A stretch of DNA of 64,000 nt from a virus (lineage: Duplodnaviria; Heunggongvirae; Uroviricota; Caudoviricetes): positions 64,001 to 128,000 of the IMG/VR virus record IMGVR_UViG_3300029957_000005; one strand, given 5' to 3'. Below the pieces are notes generated by a model that did not search any database, was not told the origin of the DNA, and saw only the letters and a program-made list of their open reading frames with translations. Positions 48,659 through 57,262 of the stretch are shown here, in pieces; the stretch's first letter is position 1, and every line of letters starts with the position of its first letter. Both the position numbers and the translations under genes were made by a program.

Positions 48659-48662
48659 CGGA

Positions 48663-48950
48663 TCACCCTATGAAGATGCAGTTGGAATGGATGGAGACTC
48701 GGATCTTGACACCCTTCTCTTCGAAGATGTCGCCGATCAGCTTGTGAACTGAAGCGACGGCGACATCAATAGAGACGGGAACGTAGGCGGACATGTCCGA
48801 ATATCCACGGAAGGAACCTTCACCGTCCGGGATCACCGTATAGAGATCGGTGGCAAACCGGAGGTAGGACCGACGACCCTTCCGATGCTTCTTGATGCAA
48901 GCGATCGTTTCCTTCTTGGTCAGGTAGAGGGTCTGGATTTCTTCGGACAT
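48663..48950 (-). CDS. hypothetical protein
   Basis: Probable start MSEEIQ after promoter 48976-49004, start approximate. Confidence 0.55.
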   Translation of the reverse strand: MSEEIQTLYLTKKETIACIKKHRKGRRSYLRFATDLYTVIPDGEGSFRGYSDMSAYVPVSIDVAVASVHKLIGDIFEEKGVKIRVSIHSNCIFIG

Positions 48951-48975
48951 CGTCAGTTCCTCAGTTGATAGGAAC

Positions 48976-49004
48976 ACTCTACACTATTCGAAGGCTTTGT
49001 AAAC
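48976..49004 (-). promoter_or_regulatory. early promoter
   Basis: GTTTACA-N16-TAGAGT. Confidence 0.8.
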
Positions 49005-49433
49005 CGGCTTGTACTGGGTTTTCCGCTGGCTCTTCCAATTCTTTTCGTTTCCGCGGTTTTTGGATTCCCAGCGATCGTAGACCGAAGACTCGATCTCCAC
49101 TCCACGGAGGAACTCCTTGTTGATCAGGAGGAACTTGTGGCGAGGAGGACGCTGTCTACGGCCACCACGGCGCCAACGACCGGTGATGTTCGGAACGGGA
49201 CCACAACGGAAGACGTAGTCCTTCTTCTTGCGGAAGCGATAGTGGAGGCGAGAACGGTACTCCTGGAAGGCCTTCTCGACGATCTCGGTCTCGACGCGCT
49301 GGTGGGAGTAGGTGTAGTAGACGCGGAGATTGTGGGCACGACCAGTGATGTAGTGGTAGTGATAGTAGGACGCGACGTCCTCGAGGGACTCGAAGGTCCG
49401 ACGATCTCCGAAGAAAAAGATGGTGTGGTACAT
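48984..49433 (-). CDS. basic hypothetical protein
   Basis: 149 aa, Arg-rich; TAGGAG SD. Confidence 0.6.
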   Translation of the reverse strand: MYHTIFFFGDRRTFESLEDVASYYHYHYITGRAHNLRVYYTYSHQRVETEIVEKAFQEYRSRLHYRFRKKKDYVFRCGPVPNITGRWRRGGRRQRPPRHKFLLINKEFLRGVEIESSVYDRWESKNRGNEKNWKSQRKTQYKPVYKAFE

Positions 49434-49507
49434 TTGGCTCTCCTAGGTTAGTTACCTAAAAGAACTGATCTCCGTCGTACATAGTACTTCATCTCCATTG
49501 CTGGATC

Positions 49508-49537
49508 TATCTACTCTTTCTCGAAGGGTTTGTAAAC
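49508..49537 (-). promoter_or_regulatory. early promoter
   Basis: GTTTACA-N17-TAGATA. Confidence 0.7.
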
Positions 49538-49678
49538 CGGCTTCTCGTTGATTTCTCGGATTTTTTCGAAGAGGGTCTTGATGCCTTCGACCAGGTACTT
49601 CTCGGAGACATCGGTCTCGATAGTCAGGCCTGGACGGAGGAGAGGGCTTCCGACGATGATGCGATAGGTGTTGTTCAT
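49509..49678 (-). CDS. small hypothetical protein (~55 aa)
   Basis: Hand-translated MNNTYRIIVG...KPVYKPFEKE*; coordinates approximate; not in track. Confidence 0.45.
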
Positions 49679-49908
49679 TTGACTTGTCCTTGGAAGTCCT
49701 CGGTGCTCTCACGGTCCCATCCGAAGACCTTGTACTTGAGGTGATTGCCGATGGAGCCAGCAGCTGCACAGTGAGCCTTGTCCACTCCGTAGGTGGTCAC
49801 GTGCTCGATCCCGTCGTCTCCGACCTTGCGAGCATAGATGATCACCTGATCGTAGCCGTAGGTCTTGGCGATGTCCTTGCCGGCTGAGATTGGGATTGGT
49901 TTAGTCAT
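49675..49908 (-). CDS. hypothetical protein
   Basis: Start MTKPIPIS within ORF 49675..49965; YGYDQVII...EHVTTYG motif; start approximate. Confidence 0.55.
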   Translation of the reverse strand: MTKPIPISAGKDIAKTYGYDQVIIYARKVGDDGIEHVTTYGVDKAHCAAAGSIGNHLKYKVFGWDRESTEDFQGQVK

Positions 49909-50123
49909 GCTGCGTCCTTCCATCTTACGAAGTTTCCGTAGAGAGCTGGAAAATTCGGATACCACTGCTCGAGTCTTTGAATGATCTCGGTCTGATAGTT
50001 CCGGAGGTGGTGATGTCCGTGGTCCCGATTGTATCTCAGGAGGGCTCGCCTCTTGATGTATTCTCCAAAGCAGGCCTCTTCGTCGCGTCTGTTGTTCAAT
50101 CGATGTCCTCTCCGAGCTTCCAC
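49905..50123 (-). CDS. hypothetical protein
   Basis: 72 aa; similar in character to the next ORF (YI..(R/K)AL.(R/K)YN...LE..(Y/F)P.FP). Confidence 0.5.
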   Translation of the reverse strand: MEARRGHRLNNRRDEEACFGEYIKRRALLRYNRDHGHHHLRNYQTEIIQRLEQWYPNFPALYGNFVRWKDAA

Positions 50124-50389
50124 CTCAGGAACTTGATGTGAGCATCGGGGAAATCCGGAAACTCGCGTTCGAGACAGGCTGCAGCTTTATGATGGTAGCG
50201 CTCGAAGTATTCCATTCGGCGCTCGAAGTTGTACTTCTCTAGAGCCTTGTGACGAATGTACTCGTTGAAGGCAAGGGACTTCTGGTAATTCTTGATCTCT
50301 TCTTCAGTCACGCTTCGATCTCCTTGTACCGGACTGCTCCGTACATGTCCACTGCGAAGTCGGTCTGAAGATAGGCCCTGGCTCCGCAC
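50096..50389 (-). CDS. hypothetical protein (likely paralog of 49905..50123)
   Basis: EYIRHKALEKYN...LEREFPDFP...FLRWK vs EYIKRRALLRYN...LEQWYPNFP...FVRWK; start probably near 50311. Confidence 0.55.
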   Translation of the reverse strand: MRSQGLSSDRLRSGHVRSSPVQGDRSVTEEEIKNYQKSLAFNEYIRHKALEKYNFERRMEYFERYHHKAAACLEREFPDFPDAHIKFLRWKLGEDID

Positions 50390-50553
50390 TTGAGAGGTGG
50401 ACCATCCATGAACCTTGCGGGCCCGAGGGTCACGACTTCCTGACAGTACCAGATGTCTCCGCCAGGGAATTCGACTCGATACATCGGACGGTTCTTTCCG
50501 TCCTTCCGATTCTTGGCGATGATGTTCTTGTTGACGTTGATTCTGATCGTCAC
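50308..50553 (-). CDS. hypothetical protein
   Basis: IRINVNKNIIAKN...PLKCGARAY. Confidence 0.6.
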   Translation of the reverse strand: MTIRINVNKNIIAKNRKDGKNRPMYRVEFPGGDIWYCQEVVTLGPARFMDGPPLKCGARAYLQTDFAVDMYGAVRYKEIEA

Positions 50554-50723
50554 AGCTTTCGGATCTCCTCGGAGACCACGTCGTCGATCAGGCAGATCGA
50601 TTGATGAAGCGTCTTGCCGACCCAGGTATTTCCATCCATGAGCAGTCGACGAACCACGGACAACGCCCGGTTCTTTTCAAGACGACGATCTAGCTTCTTT
50701 TGTTCTTCTTCGGTCATGAGCGT

Positions 50724-50753
50724 ACTCTACTCCTTTTTTGATTTCGTGTAAAC
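50724..50753 (-). promoter_or_regulatory. early promoter
   Basis: GTTTACA-N17-TAGAGT. Confidence 0.8.
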
Positions 50754-50763
50754 AGGGAAAGGC

Positions 50764-50770
50764 ATAAATA
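50764..50770 (+). promoter_or_regulatory. late promoter (head-spike island)
   Basis: ATAAATA, 20 nt before ATG, SD CAGGAG. Confidence 0.7.
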
Positions 50771-50790
50771 TCTCTGATTCAGGAGAAACC

Positions 50791-51075
50791 ATGGACAGAT
50801 TTAAAGCACAAAGAGGAGCCATCGACTCCGTTGCATTCGACGCATTCACTATCACAAGAGTGGACGCAACTCCTCTTGCCCAGCCGACCAGAGCAATCTA
50901 CGTCGGGACCGCAGGAAACCTTTCGGTCAAGATGGTCGGATACGATGGAGATGATCCGTCGGACAATCCGGTAGTTCTGTTCAAGAACCTCCAGGCAGGT
51001 CAGATCCTCCCAATTCGAGCAGCATACGTCATGCTCACCGGAACTACTGCGGACGACCTGGTCGGACTGTTCTAA
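50791..51075 (+). CDS. head-spike base protein (RcGTA Rcc01079-like)
   Basis: AFDAFTIT..D...L.QPTRAIYVGTAGNLSVKM...V.FKNLQAGQILPIRA..V..TGTTADDLVGL; late promoter and CAGGAG SD. Confidence 0.75.
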   Translation: MDRFKAQRGAIDSVAFDAFTITRVDATPLAQPTRAIYVGTAGNLSVKMVGYDGDDPSDNPVVLFKNLQAGQILPIRAAYVMLTGTTADDLVGLF

Positions 51076-51078
51076 ACC

Positions 51079-52194
51079 ATGAACCTGACTCTCGGCCTTT
51101 CGCTCACGTCTTCGACGATCCTTAGGGCCGGGACACCGGATCCTCTCAAGTATTCTCTGGACTTCCAGAATGCGGTCTACAAGGGGGATACACTGACTAA
51201 CATGCTCGGTGAGGCAGGAAACTATGTTGGAGGTCTCTATGAGAGAGAAGACAACGGAAATCTAGTCTCAGTCGCTGCAAATCAGGTTCAGATCACTTCC
51301 AATGGACTTGAGGTCTGGCAGAACAGAACCAACGCTGCATTCCAGTCCAGGGATCTTACCAACGCCACTTGGACGAAGACCGGAGTCACGGTTGCTAGAT
51401 CCACAGGTCGAAATGGTTCCGCGAACCAGGGCTCACGAGTCACAGTGGTCAGCGCCGACGGAACGGCTGAATTGCCAGTCACCACAGAGACCATCAATAA
51501 CTTCATCGGAGCCGTGGACATCAAGAGAGTCTCAGGAACCGGTGGAGCTTCGATGACCGTGGACGGAGGCGCTACCTGGGTCGCCTTGACCGGAGTTTCG
51601 ACCTCATGGCAGAGACTCAGAATTCCGACTCAGAACCTCGCAACGCCGAAGGTCATGTTCAAGTTCGACACAGCCGGCGACGTCTTCGATATGGACTATG
51701 TCACCTGCCAGTCCGGAACAATCCTCGGACCTCGTATTGCGACCACAACGGCCAGAGTCAATTGCCCTCAGAACCGTGCCACCTGCTTGAACAAGCCACC
51801 GCTTCGCGACTTCATCAAGGGTGGAGCCTACACGGCCTTCTGGAAGGGCAAGATGGACGCAAACGGAGGAAGAGGTATCTTCGTCTCCGATGCGAACTTC
51901 AACTGCTCGGTCCAGGCTGATGGATCTATCTCCTGGGGAACTGCATCAAAGCCTGCAGGCACCTTTGCCTTCGGTGTGGATCAGACCGTCTGCATTTCCA
52001 GGGACGCCGCAGGAGTGTCTCGCATCTCTGTGAACGGTGGAGCTATTGCTACCGGGACGGTCGGCTCCCCTGCAGCCCTGACCCACTTTGATATTTCAAC
52101 CAATGGCGCCGGAGCATTCAACATCGCAGGAGTGGTCAGAAAGATCGCTTTCTACACGCCTCTGACCGACTCCCAGATGATGACTCTAGCCTAA
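51079..52194 (+). CDS. head fibre with carbohydrate-binding/LamG-like domains
   Basis: N-term MNLTLGLSL (cf. Rcc01080-type N-terminal peptide); RTNAAFQSRDLTNATW; C-terminal ConA-like beta-sandwich. Confidence 0.6.
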   Translation: MNLTLGLSLTSSTILRAGTPDPLKYSLDFQNAVYKGDTLTNMLGEAGNYVGGLYEREDNGNLVSVAANQVQITSNGLEVWQNRTNAAFQSRDLTNATWTKTGVTVARSTGRNGSANQGSRVTVVSADGTAELPVTTETINNFIGAVDIKRVSGTGGASMTVDGGATWVALTGVSTSWQRLRIPTQNLATPKVMFKFDTAGDVFDMDYVTCQSGTILGPRIATTTARVNCPQNRATCLNKPPLRDFIKGGAYTAFWKGKMDANGGRGIFVSDANFNCSVQADGSISWGTASKPAGTFAFGVDQTVCISRDAAGVSRISVNGGAIATGTVGSPAALTHFDISTNGAGAFNIAGVVRKIAFYTPLTDSQMMTLA

Positions 52195-52566
52195 TCTTTC
52201 GATGTGGACTCGGGCAGTTCCGGACTGAACCATCCCGATCTTCTTCGCAGCACCGTAAGAGAGATCGATGATCCTCCCTCGGACGTGCGGCCCACGATCG
52301 GTGACGACAACAACCACAGACTTTCCATTCGTTGCATTGGTGACACGTAGTTTCGTCCCGAAAGGGTAGGTCCGATGGGCCGCAGTGAGTCCATTCGGAT
52401 TGAACCGACTTCCGGAAGCGGTCTTACGACCTGCAAGTTCGTGCCCATAGTATGAGGCAACTCCAATATTTGATCCAGTGTGATGGATCGGTTTCTTCGC
52501 CTGGGCTTGGTTCACAAGACTCAGCGTAAGTAGGCCTAGGAAGCCTAACACTTTCCTTCTCTGCAC
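52186..52566 (-). CDS. rlpA: RlpA-like lytic transglycosylase (DPBB)
   Basis: GVASYYG..LAGRKTASG.RF....LTAAHRTYPFGT...VTDRGP...RIIDLS; N-terminal signal with RR. Confidence 0.9.
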   Translation of the reverse strand: MQRRKVLGFLGLLTLSLVNQAQAKKPIHHTGSNIGVASYYGHELAGRKTASGSRFNPNGLTAAHRTYPFGTKLRVTNATNGKSVVVVVTDRGPHVRGRIIDLSYGAAKKIGMVQSGTARVHIERLG

Positions 52567-53012
52567 TCTATTCCTTCTCTTAGGTTTGTCAACAATCGGC
52601 AGAACTCTCGTTCCGTTAGGACGGTCTGAGAGACGTCGGAGTTGCCTATGGAATGAGTCAGGACGGCGTCGCGCGTAGCCAGGAGGGCTCGCTTGAAGGA
52701 GTCATTAGTTCCTAGTGCGTCGAACGCTCGCTCTAACAGAGCTCCATAGGCAACCGATCGACGCATCATCGGTTCGCCCTTCCACCACAAGGTCTGAACT
52801 TTCTTCCAGGCCTTGTTTCTCTTCTGTCCGCGACGCTTGGCCATCAGGCCTGTGAGCTTGCAGACTTCTTCTTGAATGTGCACCTTGTCGAACTTCAGGC
52901 TCTGAAGGAAGCCCTCCATGCTGGCGCACTGAACTCCATCGATCACGAACGGATGGGGAGAGAAGTTCGATAGGGCTCCGGCAGGCCACCCGGCTTTCGA
53001 TCCGATGTCCAT
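52545..53012 (-). CDS. NADAR-family protein (T4 gp30.3-like)
   Basis: WPAGALSNFSPHPFVIDG...MEGFLQSLK...TLWWKG...LTHSIG...TVLTEREF. Confidence 0.8.
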   Translation of the reverse strand: MDIGSKAGWPAGALSNFSPHPFVIDGVQCASMEGFLQSLKFDKVHIQEEVCKLTGLMAKRRGQKRNKAWKKVQTLWWKGEPMMRRSVAYGALLERAFDALGTNDSFKRALLATRDAVLTHSIGNSDVSQTVLTEREFCRLLTNLREGIECREGKC

Positions 53013-53013
53013 G

Positions 53014-53367
53014 TCAGGCTGCCATCTTGTCTACGAAGGCTTCCAGATTTTCGACGAGGGCTTTTTCTTCCTCTTTCATGATCTCGTCGAAGGTCGGACC
53101 CTCGAACAGGTAGACCGTGGCGTGTCCGTTGAAGAAGGACGGATGACCGATCTCTCCACGAACGTGCTTGAAGGTCTCGAGATCGAACTCGAACCAGTCT
53201 TCGGAGTAGTATTCGATCCTGGTTCCGAGGGCGATGAACACCGCCATTCCCTGGAGGATGACATCAGACTCGGACGGGGACTTCGGGTGATCAGGAATCA
53301 CGATCAAGTTCGGGAACACGAAGCAGTTTCCCTTGTCGTCCTTGAATGCTTTGGTCTTGACGATCAT
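53014..53367 (-). CDS. hypothetical protein
   Basis: 117 aa. Confidence 0.55.
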   Translation of the reverse strand: MIVKTKAFKDDKGNCFVFPNLIVIPDHPKSPSESDVILQGMAVFIALGTRIEYYSEDWFEFDLETFKHVRGEIGHPSFFNGHATVYLFEGPTFDEIMKEEEKALVENLEAFVDKMAA

Positions 53368-53765
53368 GCTGCTTCTTTCTTGATGTGGCGATAGCGATAC
53401 TTGATGACGATACCGAGGAGTGTATCTCTTTCCACCTCGGTTGTAAACCCTTCAGGCGCTTCCGGAGGATCCACGAAATCGTTGAGGTGGACCCAGTCCG
53501 TGAATGGATCAGGAGCCGGAGGTTCGATCAGATCCTTGAGAAGATAGGCGACCGGATAGCCTCCCCAGAACGGACCTTCTTCCTCTGGAACGAGGGCATC
53601 GAGCTTGTCCATGGCGTCCGAAAGAGCATCGAGATTCTCGCGTTCCACGGTGATCACCGGCTCCGGTCCGAGGGTGTGGTCCTCACAGGAGTCGTCCATC
53701 AGGATCCAGGCTTGATGAACCACGAGCCACAGGGCGTCGTACTGTTCTTTGGTCAGCTTCTTCAA
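53364..53765 (-). CDS. hypothetical protein
   Basis: 133 aa, TTG start overlapping upstream stop. Confidence 0.55.
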   Translation of the reverse strand: MKKLTKEQYDALWLVVHQAWILMDDSCEDHTLGPEPVITVERENLDALSDAMDKLDALVPEEEGPFWGGYPVAYLLKDLIEPPAPDPFTDWVHLNDFVDPPEAPEGFTTEVERDTLLGIVIKYRYRHIKKEAA

Positions 53766-53932
53766 TCTCGTGGGACCTTCTTCTTTTGGGATGCGAACGA
53801 CTTGGCTCGCGAGTTGACTTCTTCTGGACTCAACTTGGAGTCAGAGAGATACTTCTTCCAGTTTCGGTAGGCAGCCTTCTCCTTACGAGTCGGCTGCCTC
53901 TTCCGATCGACTGAGGACCAATCGATCTCCAT
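53762..53932 (-). CDS. small basic hypothetical protein (56 aa)
   Basis: Hand-translated MEIDWSSVDRKRQPTRKEKAAYRNWKKYL...VPRD*; fills the gap exactly. Confidence 0.55.
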   Translation of the reverse strand: MEIDWSSVDRKRQPTRKEKAAYRNWKKYLSDSKLSPEEVNSRAKSFASQKKKVPRD

Positions 53933-53934
53933 CG

Positions 53935-54465
53935 TTAGGCCGCGAGTGCAGCTTTGATGTCGGCAAGACGGGCGTTGACCTTATCGTCGACCATCTTGTC
54001 GATGGCTTCGTTGGTCAGACGGGTGATGCGCTTCTCGATCCGATCCTCGACCGAGTAGTCCGCGACGATCTTGTCGACGGCGTTCTGGATCGTGGTGGCG
54101 AAGGCGATCGAGAGTTCTGCTGCAGCATTGGCCATCAGCTTGTTCTTCTCGGTGGCGACGGCTTGATTGAGCTTCTCGCGAACCTCGGTCTTGAGGGTCG
54201 GGTTGTAGTACGGACCTGGATCCACGATCGAGGAGTTCAGGGCCTTCTGGATCAGGTTGGAGAAGTTGGCATTTGCTTGGGTGGCAGCGACTGCTTCACG
54301 GAAGAGCTCCGGACCGCATTCGGCGATGACCTTCTTGAAGTCCTTCTCGAAGATGCGACGAGCGACCTCGGCGAGGACCGCTTGCTTGAGTTCGAGGGAG
54401 AACTCTGGATCCTTGTCGATCAGGTCGTGGAGGGCTTGGCGATTGAGGGAAATGGAAACAGTCAC
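53935..54465 (-). CDS. helical hypothetical protein
   Basis: 176 aa, GTG start after AAAGGA. Confidence 0.65.
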   Translation of the reverse strand: MTVSISLNRQALHDLIDKDPEFSLELKQAVLAEVARRIFEKDFKKVIAECGPELFREAVAATQANANFSNLIQKALNSSIVDPGPYYNPTLKTEVREKLNQAVATEKNKLMANAAAELSIAFATTIQNAVDKIVADYSVEDRIEKRITRLTNEAIDKMVDDKVNARLADIKAALAA

Positions 54466-54476
54466 TTGGGTTCCTT

Positions 54477-54797
54477 TCAGAGGATCTGAGTTTTCTTGTT
54501 CTTCGGCTTGTCGTAGACCGGAATTCCGAACGACTGTCCGACCATAGCATATGCGCCGTGGTGCTGAACTCCAGAGATGTAGTCCGGCGAGTATTCGGTC
54601 GGCCAGAGGCAGACCACCGGAACGAACTTACCTGGCTCGGGTGAGACGACGAACATCTGCATCCCACCAGGAATCTTGGCGAGAACGTCGTTGGCTGCTT
54701 CCCAGGTTGGATACCAAGGAGCACCTTTCATGTCGATGAGGTGCCTCTGGCGGGTCATGTCCGGGACGAATTCCTGATGCTTCGGTTTCCTGATCAT
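54477..54797 (-). CDS. hypothetical protein
   Basis: Start MIRKPK downstream of promoter 54823-54851. Confidence 0.55.
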   Translation of the reverse strand: MIRKPKHQEFVPDMTRQRHLIDMKGAPWYPTWEAANDVLAKIPGGMQMFVVSPEPGKFVPVVCLWPTEYSPDYISGVQHHGAYAMVGQSFGIPVYDKPKNKKTQIL

Positions 54798-54822
54798 GGT
54801 CGTTCTCCGTTTGGATTGGCCT

Positions 54823-54851
54823 ATTCTACACAGGCCTGCGGAGAAGTAAAC
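54823..54851 (-). promoter_or_regulatory. early promoter
   Basis: GTTTACT-N16-TAGAAT. Confidence 0.75.
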
Positions 54852-54853
54852 AC

Positions 54854-55051
54854 CTATTTCCCAGGTTCCATCCAATCCTGCCATTTTGGGTATTTCTTCT
54901 TCCCACAGGTGCAGATGCCGTAGCTTGTTCCGATCTTCTCATCCCAAGCGACCGTGGAGAAGGAGTGACCTCCGAACCAACAGAGGATCTTCATCCATCC
55001 TCGGTTCCGGCCGTACCAGGTGTGTCTCCACGGTCCCCAGGGGTTCATCAC
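54854..55051 (-). CDS. small Cys/His-containing hypothetical protein
   Basis: LCWFGGH...CTCG. Confidence 0.5.
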   Translation of the reverse strand: MMNPWGPWRHTWYGRNRGWMKILCWFGGHSFSTVAWDEKIGTSYGICTCGKKKYPKWQDWMEPGK

Positions 55052-55452
55052 TTGAGCAGCTCTTCCTTGAGTTCCGGATGTTCTTCCAGAAGTTTCTTGA
55101 GCGCGTCCTTCTTTTCGAAGAGGACCTTGGCGTCTCGCTTGATCTTGGCTTCGGCCTTCTTCAGACGCTCGTCCTCTCGACGCTTCTCGATGGCGTCCAC
55201 TTCCTTCTGGAGCTCGGCCCGGAGGGACAGGATCGTTTGCTTGACCGGAACCTCGTCCTCGATCACGATGTATGGAGTCTGTCCATTCCCGTATTTGGCA
55301 GGATCCATCCTGGCGAGCCGGAAGATGTTGTCCCGGAGGAAGAAATACTCCTGCTCCGTGACCTCCTCCCAGTCGGTGATGCCGATCGAGGTTGATCTCT
55401 CGTCGTAGTCTCCGTAGGAGGCCAGGAGAATCTTGACTTTGAAGGTCCGCAT
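55048..55452 (-). CDS. hypothetical protein
   Basis: 134 aa, coiled-coil C-terminus. Confidence 0.6.
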   Translation of the reverse strand: MRTFKVKILLASYGDYDERSTSIGITDWEEVTEQEYFFLRDNIFRLARMDPAKYGNGQTPYIVIEDEVPVKQTILSLRAELQKEVDAIEKRREDERLKKAEAKIKRDAKVLFEKKDALKKLLEEHPELKEELLK

Positions 55453-55697
55453 CAGATCTTGCTCTCGATCAGGCGAGCGAGGAGCTTCGGCGTCACGACT
55501 CCGGTTTGTTTCCTGGTCGGGACATCATAGATGTCGTGGAGGGTCATGTTGCAGCCGCAGTGGCAGTAGTCGTGGACTTCCACGGTCTCGCCGATCTCCT
55601 GGTTCAAGAAGGCGCCGATGCCCTTGATCTTGGTGTGGGTCCGGCCGACGGTGTATTCGTAGGTCTTTCCCTTGACTTCAATCTTTCTGTACGACAC
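55452..55697 (-). CDS. hypothetical protein
   Basis: 81 aa, CHCGC motif. Confidence 0.55.
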   Translation of the reverse strand: MSYRKIEVKGKTYEYTVGRTHTKIKGIGAFLNQEIGETVEVHDYCHCGCNMTLHDIYDVPTRKQTGVVTPKLLARLIESKI

Positions 55698-55834
55698 TGA
55701 CTTTTACTCCTGGATGGTCCTTCTGGACGATGATCTCGATCTGTTCTCGGGTCAGAAAAGACCCCATGTATCCGTAGCAGTCTTGATACTGCTCCCAGTC
55801 CCCATCGAACATGTCGTCGACGAGGATGTGAAAC

Positions 55835-56617
55835 TTATGATGCATTCTGTTCTCCAATCAGGACCGGGCGATTGATGTAGGTCTTCTTGACCTTGTCCTC
55901 TCCGGTCTCGTAGTGAAACTTGACGGTGAACTTGATCCGGCACTTTCCTTCCGGAAGATCCGTCTTTCCCTTGTGGGTCAGGATCTGATCACTGAGCTTG
56001 ATGGTGTACTTGAAACCCATGAAGAAACCCTGTTCCTCCATCCGGTTCCGATAGAGAACTTCCACGTCCTCCTCGTAGCGCTTACCGATCTCACCGAAGT
56101 GAGCAGACTTCAGATCCTCCTGACGACGCTCCTCACGACGGACCTCCCGCTTGGCGAGAAGATCACGGGACTGGGCGATACCGGAGGCGATCGAACACAG
56201 GGTGCTGAAGACCGGATCCAGTTCCTTGGCGAGCTGATCAGTCAACCAGAGGATGTAGGAGTCCGGGAGTTCCTCGATCTTCATCCCTTTGTTCTTCCCG
56301 AAGGGGATGATTCCTTCTTCGATCGACTCGATGTTCTGAGTGTCACGAACCGAAAGCTTCCCACGACGCTTGAAGACCTCATCGACATCGCATCCGGAAA
56401 AGACGACGGAGCAGGTGTCACCACCGATCCGGCTCTGGAGATTGTCGGCGTATTCCTGGGCGAGGCGCTCAGCTTTGTCGAAGTCCGTCGAGAGGTTCTT
56501 GATGTAGCTCTCGATGGAGTAACCATTCACTGTCCTCCAGGTCCGGAGGGTGAACATGGCTTGAAGATCACCGGTCGAAATGAATACGCTGATGTGCATC
56601 TTGTAGTCGGCGGTCAT
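55835..56617 (-). CDS. hypothetical protein with PFGK.KG...P..Y..W motif
   Basis: IPFGKNKGMKIEELPDSYILWL; start near MTADYK after promoter 56643-56671. Confidence 0.65.
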   Translation of the reverse strand: MTADYKMHISVFISTGDLQAMFTLRTWRTVNGYSIESYIKNLSTDFDKAERLAQEYADNLQSRIGGDTCSVVFSGCDVDEVFKRRGKLSVRDTQNIESIEEGIIPFGKNKGMKIEELPDSYILWLTDQLAKELDPVFSTLCSIASGIAQSRDLLAKREVRREERRQEDLKSAHFGEIGKRYEEDVEVLYRNRMEEQGFFMGFKYTIKLSDQILTHKGKTDLPEGKCRIKFTVKFHYETGEDKVKKTYINRPVLIGEQNAS

Positions 56618-56642
56618 CGGAACGTTCTCCAATTGTGAGAAC

Positions 56643-56671
56643 ACTCTAAACCAGATCGGAAGACTTGTAAA
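56643..56671 (-). promoter_or_regulatory. early promoter
   Basis: TTTACA-N17-TAGAGT. Confidence 0.8.
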
Positions 56672-56680
56672 TACGGAAAA

Positions 56681-56884
56681 TTAGGACTGGAAGAAGATTC
56701 CGTCGATTTTGTGTGGACCTTCGGATTTCGTGTAATTTGAAGGCCATATCTCTCGGCCTTCGGCGTCCGTGACGCAGATGTCTCGGAGAGGACGATCGTC
56801 CATCATGGATCCTCCGGTCACTGCGATGTCTCCGAACTTGGCCTCGATCTTATCGAGGACTTCTCTGAGTTTCGATATCTTCAT
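56681..56884 (-). CDS. hypothetical protein
   Basis: Start MKISKL after AAGGAG, start approximate. Confidence 0.55.
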   Translation of the reverse strand: MKISKLREVLDKIEAKFGDIAVTGGSMMDDRPLRDICVTDAEGREIWPSNYTKSEGPHKIDGIFFQS

Positions 56885-57070
56885 GATTGCTCCTTTAGAG
56901 TTCAAACATCGGCCAGGTGAGCTTCCTCACTGAAGCACTTCATGGCCTGTTCTCCGATGTCCTCGTAGATCTCGTCCCAGATGTCGTCATCAAGATCCAT
57001 GTCGAAGCCTTTACGATCTCCGAGAGCCTGGTCATAGATGAACTTACCGACTTTCCATTCTTCACTGCGC

Positions 57071-57262
57071 TTAGACATCAACGAATTTCCATCCTTTTTC
57101 TTTTGCCCATGCAGCTGCCTGCTTTCGGGCGTCCTTCTTGTGTTCCCATCGATCCAAGGATTCCCATGGGACACTAATTCCGATCGTCAGGGACTTGAGC
57201 ATCCGAACCGGGACCCAGGCATTCCCATCCAGAACCACGAACACCGAGTCCGAGTAGATCAT
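57071..57262 (-). CDS. hypothetical protein
   Basis: 63 aa. Confidence 0.5.
   Translation of the reverse strand: MIYSDSVFVVLDGNAWVPVRMLKSLTIGISVPWESLDRWEHKKDARKQAAAWAKEKGWKFVDV

Noticed and set aside
53868-53899. AGGCAGCC...GGCTGCCT hairpin as a terminator
   Set aside because: Lies inside the 56-aa ORF 53762-53932 and lacks a U-tract
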